A DNA stretch of 52,189 bases from Candidatus Parvarchaeum sp. (GCA_049965555.1 JBMFWF010000006.1:1-52189), one strand, 5' to 3'. Shown: positions 19,169 to 28,388, counted from the stretch's first letter. A program made the numbers and translations. Notes: generated by a model from the letters alone, not told the origin.

Positions 19169-19633
19169 TCAAAATTTAAGGTCTAAACCCGTCCAATTCC
19201 TTATCTCATCATCAACCTTGAAATCCTTCCTAAGTGGATGACCTGGCCAGTCTTCTGGCAGAAGTATCCTTCTAAGATCAGGATGACCGTTGAAATCTAT
19301 GCCGAATAAGTCATAAGCTTCCCTTTCTTCCCAGTCTGCTGAACTGAATATGTCAGTTATTGAATCTATTGAAAAATCCTTTTCAGTTATATTTACTTTC
19401 AGTATAAATAAATCTGCATTTTTGTAGTTTGAAAATATGTAGTTTAACTCAAAATTCGGAGAGTAGTCGACTACTGCAAGTGAATACAGAATATCGAAAT
19501 CTTCTTTGATCTGCCATGCCAGCTTTTTGAGTAGTTTCTTGTTTTTTATGCTTATTACTGACAGCCCTGGCTCATTGCTAAGAACCTCCAGATCCCCTTT
19601 AAAAGCACTCTTAATTTTATCTAATGTTGCCAT
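19169..19633 (-). CDS. nuoC: NADH-quinone oxidoreductase subunit C
   Basis: [38 protein letters not shown]. Confidence 0.95.
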   Translation of the reverse strand: MATLDKIKSAFKGDLEVLSNEPGLSVISIKNKKLLKKLAWQIKEDFDILYSLAVVDYSPNFELNYIFSNYKNADLFILKVNITEKDFSIDSITDIFSSADWEEREAYDLFGIDFNGHPDLRRILLPEDWPGHPLRKDFKVDDEIRNWTGLDLKF

Positions 19634-20138
19634 TTATTTGCGCCTTTGACCTGTTTTCTTTTATAAGTTTCTGCAAGACTCTCACAGCATCCAAAAACTC
19701 TTCTGGTCTTGGAGGGCAGCCCGGGATAAAAGCATCAACTGGCATTATTCTGTCTATTCCCTCTATAGTATTATAACTGTCATGGTACAAACCGCCACTT
19801 ACATTGCATGCGCCTACTGCTATCACATATTTTGGATCGGGCATCTGCTCATATACATTCAAAAGCCTTCTTGCCATCTTCTTTGTTATTGTACCGCTGA
19901 CAAGTATAAGATCCGCTTGTCTTGGAGAATCTCCTGTAAAAAGCACGCCCAGCCTGTCAGAGTCTACCTTAGTAGCCCCGAATGTCATCATCTCTATTGC
20001 ACAGCATGAGGTTCCAAATGTCAATGGCCAGAGAGAATTGCTTCTGCCCCAATTTAGAACCGTATTTATGAATTTCTCGGCCTTCATGAATATAACTTCA
20101 TATAAACCTGGATAAGAAAAGGCATTTGGTTCTTCCAT
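19617..20138 (-). CDS. nuoB: NADH-quinone oxidoreductase subunit B
   Basis: [27 protein letters not shown] and PGCPPRPE motifs. Confidence 0.96.
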   Translation of the reverse strand: MEEPNAFSYPGLYEVIFMKAEKFINTVLNWGRSNSLWPLTFGTSCCAIEMMTFGATKVDSDRLGVLFTGDSPRQADLILVSGTITKKMARRLLNVYEQMPDPKYVIAVGACNVSGGLYHDSYNTIEGIDRIMPVDAFIPGCPPRPEEFLDAVRVLQKLIKENRSKAQINGNIR

Positions 20139-20497
20139 TAATCCTCCGAGATTTCCTCCTCTAATCTCAATAGATATCTTACAAGGATAACCATGTAAAA
20201 AAGAGCTATAAGAACGGGTATTGAGATATACGCAGTAAGCGATTTAGCACTTTCAGCCCATAAAAAAACGAGTACAGACATAGCTTCTAACACCACAAAT
20301 ACAAGGGCATAAAAGAAATACTGGAAGCCAACGTTTCTCATTCCTGCAATTGATCTTTCTCCGCTTTCTATCGGAGCGCTGCCTTTCCCGACTGCTTTGG
20401 TCTTAGGACTAAGATAATTAGATAATTTTATGAATGAAATCCAAACTATAACTGCTACTATTATAAGCAAACCAAATAATGCAAAACCTATTGCCAT
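20138..20497 (-). CDS. nuoA: NADH-quinone oxidoreductase subunit A
   Basis: 3 TM, ESG loop, QYFFYALVFVVLEA; first gene of the operon. Confidence 0.88.
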   Translation of the reverse strand: MAIGFALFGLLIIVAVIVWISFIKLSNYLSPKTKAVGKGSAPIESGERSIAGMRNVGFQYFFYALVFVVLEAMSVLVFLWAESAKSLTAYISIPVLIALFYMVILVRYLLRLEEEISED

Positions 20498-20607
20498 ATT
20501 ATTATAATTAAACTTATAATTAAAAAGACTTTCTAATAAAGAGTAACAAGAATTATGCCCTATTCAGCATATTAAGCTTATATATTTATGACATGATTTA
20601 AAATTTA

Positions 20608-21678
20608 ATGAGACCTGAAATCGTTATTTTAGGAGCATTTATTCTGCTTTTAGTCGTTGGCAGCGGACACGCTATTTCTGTGTCTGCTTCTTTTAATGCT
20701 TTAAACAGCAGTTTATCTATAAATCAGTACGCATATTTCAATTTATCTGCTTACTTCCCACTTGGAACAAACTACACGATTTTTCTTAATAATACTTCTA
20801 TACTTCAAGGAAATATTCCTGCGAATTATAGTGGGTATAAGATACTCCATTACAACATAAGTAATATGCCTTATGGGAGGTACTATCCGTCAGTTCGTTT
20901 CTCTGCGTTCAATTTTCACTTGAATTCCACCTCTAGTATAAATATAAGGCCTTCTCCAAATTTCTCTTTTATAGGAGATTACAAAACTACGGAGATAATT
21001 AAAAATTATTCATTGATAAAAATAGGGATTGAAAACAGCGGTAACACTCCTTTGCAGATGAACTGGTCTATACCAATTTTTAGGAATATCTCAATATCAC
21101 TTACATTTAATCAAACATTTAGATTGAACCCAAGTTCAAACATAACAATCCCGATAAATCTGTCACTGCAGAAGGGATATCAAAACAATATATTAATACC
21201 GTTTACCGGAAAATACAGAAACTATTCGATTACAAAATCATACGAAACAGTTCTAATAAAACCTGTAATCAACATGTCTTTCTACAATTTAAATGTCACT
21301 CCTATAAACGCAACTAGAGAACTTTGGGTTTCGGACATCAAAAATTACAACAATGTTCCATTAAATATAACTATAGAATTTTCACTTGAAGTAAATGGAA
21401 GTACCTTCCAGTACAATGTTCCTTATGAACTGGGAGTAAACGCAACTAAAATAGAGGTGATGCTTCCGAAAAGCACTGTCGAAAATGTAAAGATATTATA
21501 TGAATCTGGAAATTTATCTAAAGTAAATCAAAATATATTTACATTACCTAAGCAACCAAGCAGCATTGGAATTTTATCGATAGTAAATACTCTAGGTTAT
21601 GTAATATTGACAGCAGTGTCGATATTCATATTAATATTAATACACTTAAGATTTAACAGAAGAAACAAAAAGAAGTAA
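20608..21678 (+). CDS. Hypothetical cell-surface protein (signal peptide and C-terminal anchor)
   Basis: Signal peptide, very many N-X-S/T sequons, ENSGNTPL Ig-like motif, C-terminal TM followed by RRNKKK. Confidence 0.75.
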   Translation: MRPEIVILGAFILLLVVGSGHAISVSASFNALNSSLSINQYAYFNLSAYFPLGTNYTIFLNNTSILQGNIPANYSGYKILHYNISNMPYGRYYPSVRFSAFNFHLNSTSSINIRPSPNFSFIGDYKTTEIIKNYSLIKIGIENSGNTPLQMNWSIPIFRNISISLTFNQTFRLNPSSNITIPINLSLQKGYQNNILIPFTGKYRNYSITKSYETVLIKPVINMSFYNLNVTPINATRELWVSDIKNYNNVPLNITIEFSLEVNGSTFQYNVPYELGVNATKIEVMLPKSTVENVKILYESGNLSKVNQNIFTLPKQPSSIGILSIVNTLGYVILTAVSIFILILIHLRFNRRNKKK

Positions 21679-21679
21679 A

Positions 21680-22354
21680 ATGGAATTCATAAACAAAAGC
21701 AACATAAGGTTCTTTGCATACATATTGATAGACATAACGGCTTTGTTTATAGTAAACTTTTACTATCTAAATTCTTCGCAGTTGTTTTCGTATGCGCTGC
21801 TTATATTACTCGTATCTTTCCTTATATTTTTAACGAAGAATTTGATAGCAGGGCTTTTCCATGTAAAGGTAAGCGGAAACTTCTGGATCGCTGGATTTAT
21901 ATTTTCTATTATAGCAACATTGGTTGCATCTAGCTTCGGCATACCGATTCTTATGCCCGTAATAAGCTACAATAATTATAGCAGAATGAATACCATAAAA
22001 GGAATGAAAAAAGGGGCGGTCAATGTACATGAAAAATGGGAGATAACTTTCCTGTCTTCTTCCATACTTCTATTTGCTGCATTCACATTGATAACTTTAT
22101 GGCATTCTTTAAATGAAAAGGGGTTTTTAATGTCGGGGGTGGCATTAGCAATGTTTGTTTTGATTGATTTCTTGCCAGAAAGAAGATTTAATGGTGCAAA
22201 TCTCATTTACCATAATTCGGTTGTTTACGCAATTACATTCCTTTTCCTTTTAATAATTGGAATTCTAAGTGTCATAAACTATTTAGCATTCGTGATAACT
22301 TTCATAGTGTTTATATTGTTTATATTTATAACCTACATTACCAAACTTTGGTAA
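21680..22354 (+). CDS. Polytopic membrane protein, possibly a degenerate site-2 protease (M50) fold
   Basis: About 7 TM; DFLPERRFNG resembles NxxPxxxxDG; no HExxH. Confidence 0.6.
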   Translation: MEFINKSNIRFFAYILIDITALFIVNFYYLNSSQLFSYALLILLVSFLIFLTKNLIAGLFHVKVSGNFWIAGFIFSIIATLVASSFGIPILMPVISYNNYSRMNTIKGMKKGAVNVHEKWEITFLSSSILLFAAFTLITLWHSLNEKGFLMSGVALAMFVLIDFLPERRFNGANLIYHNSVVYAITFLFLLIIGILSVINYLAFVITFIVFILFIFITYITKLW

Positions 22355-22367
22355 TTTGAATTTTATA

Positions 22368-22456
22368 GTGAACTGCCCCAAGTTTTTGCATGGAGCTTCA
22401 CGCTTCTTTGGAAAAGGTTGTTATCCTCTGCGTGCATACTGCCCGGTTCCCGAGCA
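22368..22456 (-). ncRNA. TnpB omegaRNA (reRNA)-like scaffold
   Basis: Stems GCUCGG/CCGGGC (22455-22441), CACGC/GCGUG (22434-22430 with 22403-22399) and GCUCCA/UGGGGC (22396-22375), ending in UUCAC. Confidence 0.6.
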
Positions 22457-22660
22457 ACTATTTTATTCTCCTTCGGTCTTACATTGCACGAAGCTAATTT
22501 GTGCAAAAGAGCTTTCCCCTTTCGGGTAGGTGTAGCACTTTCAGCCTCCACCAAGACCTGCCTTTTACATATAATATTTGATTTTCCCATATTTGTACTT
22601 TTCCTTACCTCCTTTCATCCTACATCTTACGAAATGGGAATTCTTGGTGGAGTAGTTAAA
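22368..22660 (-). mobile_element. Non-autonomous IS200/IS605-type (TnpB) element or orphan omegaRNA locus
   Basis: Minus strand ends GAAGCGTGAAGCTCCA-N10-TGGGGCAGTTCAC, the layout of IS605/IS1341 right ends; several hairpins; no intact tnpB or tnpA. Left boundary uncertain. Confidence 0.6.
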
Positions 22661-22669
22661 GTTAGTTTT

Positions 22670-22684
22670 TATAACGCCGTTATA
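22670..22684. promoter_or_regulatory. Perfect palindrome TATAACG-C-CGTTATA, putative operator
   Basis: Abuts the TTTATAAA box (22685-22692) upstream of the HTH-sufCBD operon. Confidence 0.6.
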
Positions 22685-22704
22685 TTTATAAAGAACAAAA
22701 TTCT

Positions 22705-23076
22705 ATGAAAAGTATGTCAGAATTATTCTGCTCAAAAGTTATATCGGAGATAATACCCTCATCTAGGGCAATAATAGCAAACAAACTTCTAGAAAAGGGG
22801 ATGACGCAAAAAGAGGCATCAAAGCTATTGGGCATAACACAGCCTGCAATCTCACAATATAAAAGTGGCTTGAGAGGGCTGATAACAGAAAAGATGATTA
22901 AAAATGAGGAGTTTATGGCGTACTTAAATGAGCTAGCGGATAAGGTTTACACCAATAAATTGGACATAAATATTAAGACCTGTCAAATCTGCAAAGCAAC
23001 AAGGGACTTTGGAGTAATAAAGGAGAATGACATAAAGGAATTTCTTTGCCTGCTTCAAATTGCTGGTTCAAATTAA
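22705..23076 (+). CDS. XRE-type HTH transcriptional regulator with Cys residues (COG2522-like)
   Basis: GMTQKEASKLLGITQPAISQYKSGLRG HTH; Cys near the N-terminus, CxxC, and a C-terminal Cys. Confidence 0.85.
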   Translation: MKSMSELFCSKVISEIIPSSRAIIANKLLEKGMTQKEASKLLGITQPAISQYKSGLRGLITEKMIKNEEFMAYLNELADKVYTNKLDINIKTCQICKATRDFGVIKENDIKEFLCLLQIAGSN

Positions 23077-23077
23077 T

Positions 23078-23797
23078 ATGGAAAAGATGGAGATAAAAGG
23101 GTTAGAAGTGTCTATCAACCAGAAAAAAGTGCTTAATGGAGTAGACCTTTTGGTACAAAGAGGAAAAATACATGTTCTTATGGGGCCAAACGGCAGCGGA
23201 AAAAGCACGCTGGCAAACGTGATAATGGGAAACCCTAAATACACTATAACTGCCGGTTCAATAAAATTGGATGGAGAGGATTTACTTAAGTTAAAGGTAA
23301 ATGAACGCGCTAAAAAGGGAATATTTTTGGCTTTCCAGGAGCCAGTAGAGATTTCGGGAGTAAACACTATGAATTTTTTGATTACAGCGTATGCAAATCT
23401 AAAAGGGAAGGATCCCGAATTGAGAAAAGAAATCATAAAAAAGATGAACGATCTTAATCTCCCGGATTCATTTCTAAAAAGATCACTTAATGAAGGATTT
23501 TCTGGCGGAGAAAAGAAGAGATTTGAACTCCTTCAGGTTATGCTTTTCAAACCAAAAATTGCCATACTAGATGAAATTGATTCGGGGATGGATATAGACA
23601 GCGTAAGACTGCTTGGAGAAATAACCAAAAAACTATCTGAGGACACAGGATTTTTGATGATAACACATAATGACCATATCTTGGATTATGTAAAACCAGA
23701 CGTGGTAAGTGTAATGAAAGATGGCAAGATAATAAAAAGCGGAGATTACAAGCTTATAGAACAAATAAGAAAAGAAGGATACCGACAGTTGATTTAA
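23078..23797 (+). CDS. sufC: Fe-S cluster assembly ABC ATPase
   Basis: GPNGSGKST, FLAFQEP, NEGFSGGEKKR and LDEIDSG motifs; start set at ATG 23078. Confidence 0.95.
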   Translation: MEKMEIKGLEVSINQKKVLNGVDLLVQRGKIHVLMGPNGSGKSTLANVIMGNPKYTITAGSIKLDGEDLLKLKVNERAKKGIFLAFQEPVEISGVNTMNFLITAYANLKGKDPELRKEIIKKMNDLNLPDSFLKRSLNEGFSGGEKKRFELLQVMLFKPKIAILDEIDSGMDIDSVRLLGEITKKLSEDTGFLMITHNDHILDYVKPDVVSVMKDGKIIKSGDYKLIEQIRKEGYRQLI

Positions 23798-23798
23798 A

Positions 23799-25193
23799 AT
23801 GGAAAAGATAGAATTTGATTACAGCAAATATGACTTTAAAAACTCAACTGCAAAATACAAGATATTATTCAACGAAGGTTTATCAGAAGAAGTTGTAAGA
23901 AGGATTTCAAAACTTAAGAATGAGCCGCAATGGATGACAGATTTCAGGATAAATGCCTATAAATTCTTTGTAAGAAGACCTGTGCCAGAATGGGGTGCCG
24001 ACCTTTCAAAGATAAATTTTGAAAATATAACTTACTTTGCAAGGGCGACTGATAAGAAAACAAATAGTTGGGATGATTTGCCGGAAGACATAAGGGATAC
24101 TTATGACAGATTAGGGATACCTGAAGCTGAGAAGAAATCACTTTCAGGGGTCGAAGTAATGTATGAAAGTGAGGTAGTTTACAACAGCATAAAAAAAGAA
24201 CTTGAAGAGCTTGGCGTAATCTTCTGTGATACGGATACTGCAATAAGAGAATACCCTGAGCTAGTTAGAAAATACTTTGGAAAAGTTATTTCTCCTAACG
24301 ATAACAAATTTGCGGCATTGAATTCCGCAGTCTGGTCTGGGGGGAGTTTCATATACGTTCCAAAGGGCGTAAAGGTACCAATGCCATTGCAGGCTTATTT
24401 CAGGATAAATGCCGCAAACATGGGGCAGTTTGAAAGGACATTAATAATAGCAGATGAAGGCGCTGATGTAACATATATTGAAGGTTGCACAGCGCCAGTT
24501 TATTCTAAGGACTCATTGCATGCTGCAGTGGTAGAAGTCATAGCCCATAAAAACTCACATGTAAAATATATAACAGTACAAAACTGGTCAAGTGATGTTT
24601 ACAATTTGGTAACCAAAAGAGCATTTGCATATGAAAATGCATTTGTAGAATGGATAGACGCAAATATGGGCTCAAAGGTAACAGAAAAGTATCCTTCGGT
24701 TTACTTGATGGAACCGGGAGCTAAATCAAATGTGCTTTCAGTTGCATTAGCAAATAAGGGCCAGCATCAAGACACAGGAACAAAAGCCGTACATCTAGCA
24801 CCAAACACAAGCTCTGTTATAAGATCAAAGTCAATATGCCTTAACGGGGGGAGAACGACATATAGAGGCCTTGTAAAAGTGAAAAAAGGAGCAACAGACG
24901 TTAAGTCAAGCACAAGATGCGATGCATTGATATTTGATGATTTTTCAAGAACTGACACTTATCCCTATATGGAAATAGATGAAGAAGAAAGCACGATATC
25001 GCATGAAGCGTCGGTTGGCAAAATAGGAGATGAGCAACTGTTCTATCTGGAGTCAAGGGGTTTATCGGAATTGGAGGCAATAAACATGATAGTTCTTGGT
25101 TTTATAGCAGAATTTGTAGAGGAGCTGCCAATAGAATTTGCGGTTGAATTTAACAGATTAATAAAAATAAATATGGAAGGAGCAGTCGGTTGA
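23799..25193 (+). CDS. sufB: Fe-S cluster assembly scaffold SufB
   Basis: NKFAALNSAVWSGGSF, GQFERTLI, EGCTAP, LHAAVVE and RCDAL motifs. Confidence 0.96.
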   Translation: MEKIEFDYSKYDFKNSTAKYKILFNEGLSEEVVRRISKLKNEPQWMTDFRINAYKFFVRRPVPEWGADLSKINFENITYFARATDKKTNSWDDLPEDIRDTYDRLGIPEAEKKSLSGVEVMYESEVVYNSIKKELEELGVIFCDTDTAIREYPELVRKYFGKVISPNDNKFAALNSAVWSGGSFIYVPKGVKVPMPLQAYFRINAANMGQFERTLIIADEGADVTYIEGCTAPVYSKDSLHAAVVEVIAHKNSHVKYITVQNWSSDVYNLVTKRAFAYENAFVEWIDANMGSKVTEKYPSVYLMEPGAKSNVLSVALANKGQHQDTGTKAVHLAPNTSSVIRSKSICLNGGRTTYRGLVKVKKGATDVKSSTRCDALIFDDFSRTDTYPYMEIDEEESTISHEASVGKIGDEQLFYLESRGLSELEAINMIVLGFIAEFVEELPIEFAVEFNRLIKINMEGAVG

Positions 25194-25200
25194 TCCTTTT

Positions 25201-26340
25201 ATGAAAGGGAGCAAAGAGCCTGATTGGCTTTTAGAATACAGAAAAGAAGAGAAAATAGCCTCGGATAAATTAAGCCTAGAGGACAGAAAGATATTCTTAA
25301 AATACGCAGAAAGAGAAAGCGAATTTTATTTTAATGAACTTAAGGTAAAAAACGACGGGCTAAATAACTTACTGTACTATGATAAAGAAACTTTCAAAGA
25401 CAAATTAGAAATTGAAAACTTAAAAGATCTAAAAGAGAAACCTGAGGAATTCTATGAATTTAAAGATAAAGACAGGGTAGAAGCCATTATAAATGCAAAT
25501 TTTGATGAGGGGATTATAATAAAATTTAATGATAACATAAATGTAGGTAAGCCCTTTAAAATAAGACAGACTGTAGAATCTGGGAGAAAAATAACAAAAA
25601 TTATATTAGTGATAGGGAAAAACAGCAAACTTTACATTGCAGATGAAATAGATTCGTTCAAAAATTCTTATTCTGGCCAAAACCTATACATAATTTTAAA
25701 AGAAGATTCTGAACTCAACTTTATGCTCTCAGATAAATCAAGAGGAGCAAGTATTACGAATATTAATTTAATTACAAAAGGAAGGGTTAATTTTCTGTCT
25801 ATATTGACAAATGAAGCAGTAAATCGAAATAGGTTATGGATAAAAATGCTTGAGCATGCTGAGGTAAATATAAAACAAGGGCTAATAGGCAATGGTGAAA
25901 GTTATTTTGACATTGAAAGTGAGATAACACATTCTGAAAAAAACACTAAAAGTAATGTTAATTACAAAGCCGTTTTGGACAACGACTCAAAGGCTGTTTA
26001 TAAAGGAGTTATTCGACAGGAAAAACTAGCAACCAATTCATATGCTTACCTTTCCGAGAATTCCTTAATACTTGATAAAAATGCAAAAAGCATTTCAGTG
26101 CCTAGTTTAGAGATTGAAACAAATGAACTTAAAGCGTACCATTCGGCATCTTCTCAACCATTAGATAAAGAATTGCTTTTTTATGTAATGTCTAGAGGGT
26201 TGAGCAGAAGCTCTGCCATAAAAATTGTAGCAACTGGATTTGTAGAATCGGTATTTGGCAGAGCAGAAAATACAGTATTTATGGACGAATTAAAAAATTC
26301 AATAGAAAACAAAATGGAGTATTTAGGTGATAAACTTTAA
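25201..26340 (+). CDS. sufD: SufD family protein
   Basis: EPDWLLEYR start; SVPSLEIETNELKAYHSAS and LFYVMSRGL motifs. Confidence 0.88.
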   Translation: MKGSKEPDWLLEYRKEEKIASDKLSLEDRKIFLKYAERESEFYFNELKVKNDGLNNLLYYDKETFKDKLEIENLKDLKEKPEEFYEFKDKDRVEAIINANFDEGIIIKFNDNINVGKPFKIRQTVESGRKITKIILVIGKNSKLYIADEIDSFKNSYSGQNLYIILKEDSELNFMLSDKSRGASITNINLITKGRVNFLSILTNEAVNRNRLWIKMLEHAEVNIKQGLIGNGESYFDIESEITHSEKNTKSNVNYKAVLDNDSKAVYKGVIRQEKLATNSYAYLSENSLILDKNAKSISVPSLEIETNELKAYHSASSQPLDKELLFYVMSRGLSRSSAIKIVATGFVESVFGRAENTVFMDELKNSIENKMEYLGDKL

Positions 26341-26377
26341 AGGTTAAGTATTTTTAGTATAAAACCCAGATTATAAG

Positions 26378-27031
26378 ATGGCAATAATATTTGATTTGGA
26401 TGGAACTCTGATAAACAGCTTAAAAATACATTCCGAGCTGATAAAAAAAGCCATCGACAAACTTGTAGGCAAAGATTCAGTAGATACCCTATTTATCAAA
26501 AAAAACATAAGGTTTCCTTCAAAAAAAATGCTAAGCATAGCGTCTGAAAAGTATGGTTTGAATCTAACGGATAAACAAATGGAGCAGATAATAAAACTAA
26601 AGGATAAACTTTTCACAGAAGAATACATAAAAAGAATAAAGTTTTATCCAGGGGCAATGCAGCTCATTAAATTCCTCAAAAATAAGAAAGTAGACTTCTG
26701 CATAGCAACTTCAATGAATAACGAAGAACTAGCGAAAGTAGGGCCAATTCTTAATCTTCATTCAATTGCAAAAGTAGTAAACTCGCCTGCGTTAAAATAT
26801 GAAAAACCAGACCCTTACATAATAAACAAGGCATTAAAACTGATTAAAGCGGAAAGAAAAAGAACCGTTTATATCGGGGACGCAGAAACAGATTATGAAG
26901 CAAGCATTAATGCGGGTGTAAGATTTATCGGAGTGAACAACCCTCTACTAAAAAAACTTGGATACAAATACTTCAAAGACTTAAAATCGATTTTACCGTT
27001 CATAAAGAAAAACTATTTGGATTTTTTATGA
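26378..27031 (+). CDS. HAD-superfamily hydrolase
   Basis: FDLDGTL, ATS, KPDP and YIGD motifs. Confidence 0.92.
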   Translation: MAIIFDLDGTLINSLKIHSELIKKAIDKLVGKDSVDTLFIKKNIRFPSKKMLSIASEKYGLNLTDKQMEQIIKLKDKLFTEEYIKRIKFYPGAMQLIKFLKNKKVDFCIATSMNNEELAKVGPILNLHSIAKVVNSPALKYEKPDPYIINKALKLIKAERKRTVYIGDAETDYEASINAGVRFIGVNNPLLKKLGYKYFKDLKSILPFIKKNYLDFL

Positions 27032-28284
27032 TTTTTAGAGTTCACCCTCACGTAATATGACAGAGGATTCTTTATTAATTTGCAGGTTTGGTCTGGGAAA
27101 CAGACATTGAAAAACTTGTAATATCCCTTAGAATCGCAATTTGGAGGAGGGTAGGACTTACCAGAAAATGAATATTCTATTTGCTGCAGGATTAAATTCT
27201 GCTTTAAAGGCGGCTTGTTTTTGTTATTCCATTCCAAAAGAAAATTTGTTATTTCCTCCTTCGTCCTGCCTATGCTTCTTAGAAAATTTACAAGAATGAA
27301 TACGCTTCTTTTTCTTCCATCGGAAAGGCCGTTTAGTATGAGTTTTATACAGGGAGGAAGCTTTTCAACATTAAGAGGAAGAGAAATCGGGACAAATGAC
27401 TTTGTCTCTGTTGCCTCCTCTTTTTTATCTTCCGATTCGAATGCATCATATGCCCTTATAAAAAGAGATGAAGCCTCATTTTTCTGCGGTGACAAATCAA
27501 AGAAATCTAAGCTAGTATCGACATTTTCTGGCTTCGCCTGTTCTACAGTGAAATCTTCAACTTTGTTTTTATTTATTGGAACGGAAACGAACCATTTCTT
27601 TTCATTCAAAGAGTACTGCATCCTGAACATATGCCTTTCAGAGATAAGCACAGTATCAATGTCTATTATAGAATAAGGATCAAATTTACCGTTAGAATAA
27701 AACTTTTCACTTTCTGTGTTTAACTGGTTTGCAATCTTATTTATTCCATAGTTCTTTACTTCGCTTTCAAGCCTATCTCTAAGCTCATTTTTAAGAAAAA
27801 TAGAGATTACCATAGGCGCATCAGGGAACAGCCTTTTTGTACTAACTCCGTTTATTGATTCTGGAAATGTTTCGTACGGCACTAAAACATGGAAACCACT
27901 GCCACCGCTGAACTTCACTGACGTACTTCTTACCCCTTCGTTTTGTATTTTATCTACTATCATTTTAGTAAAAATCTTAGAGATATCAAGTATCTTGCAA
28001 TCAACATCAATTAAAAGATCCCACCCTTTTCTCATGTCATCTAACTGTTCTTTTGGAAGCTCTTTATCTAACAAAAGAGGATTGATCCAGCGCTCTTCAC
28101 TTACATGAAAACTTGTAGCTCCCGTCTTTATTAGGGTTTCGACATCGCTAGGATACTGAAAAAGCATTGGCCTCTTTCCAAATTTATCGTAATACCTTGC
28201 CGCGCATTCTCTGTCCTTAACATTTAAAAGCCTATTTACTACATTATCATTCATGTAATATTTTAGTATGTCCGAGGGTTTCAT
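27013..28284 (-). CDS. Fused archaeo-eukaryotic primase (PriS catalytic domain plus PriL Fe-S domain)
   Basis: WDLLIDVD and KFSGGSGFH (PriS); LPPCI, GRKRSVFILVNFL, PPNC and C-PD-C-KNPL (PriL C-terminal domain). Confidence 0.9.
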   Translation of the reverse strand: MKPSDILKYYMNDNVVNRLLNVKDRECAARYYDKFGKRPMLFQYPSDVETLIKTGATSFHVSEERWINPLLLDKELPKEQLDDMRKGWDLLIDVDCKILDISKIFTKMIVDKIQNEGVRSTSVKFSGGSGFHVLVPYETFPESINGVSTKRLFPDAPMVISIFLKNELRDRLESEVKNYGINKIANQLNTESEKFYSNGKFDPYSIIDIDTVLISERHMFRMQYSLNEKKWFVSVPINKNKVEDFTVEQAKPENVDTSLDFFDLSPQKNEASSLFIRAYDAFESEDKKEEATETKSFVPISLPLNVEKLPPCIKLILNGLSDGRKRSVFILVNFLRSIGRTKEEITNFLLEWNNKNKPPLKQNLILQQIEYSFSGKSYPPPNCDSKGYYKFFNVCFPDQTCKLIKNPLSYYVRVNSKNHKKSK

Positions 28285-28388
28285 ATTGATATTATACTTG
28301 CACTATTATTATAATTATATATCAGGAATTATCCAATTTTTAGGAAAGATTTGCTATAAATTATTTAGGAAGGTGCAACTTAACTCTG

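Noticed and set aside
16482-20497. Group 4 NiFe hydrogenase
   Set aside because: The large subunit lacks both CxxC NiFe motifs, and the small subunit has the adjacent CC typical of NuoB.
22452-22466. Pistol-ribozyme-like AAAUAGUUGCU on the minus strand
   Set aside because: The required P1 hairpin and pseudoknot are not present.
22368-22660. RNase P RNA or SRP RNA (about 300 nt, paired ends)
   Set aside because: No GAGGAAAGUCC with a matching 3' P4 strand, and no SRP helix 8 CAGG-GNRA-AGCA motif. The 3' end fits an IS605-type right end better.
22363-22708. ORFs 22363-22590 (-) and 22418-22708 (+) as ordinary proteins
   Set aside because: They overlap a dense set of RNA/DNA stems and have no recognisable domain. 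At most the minus ORF is a TnpB tail remnant.
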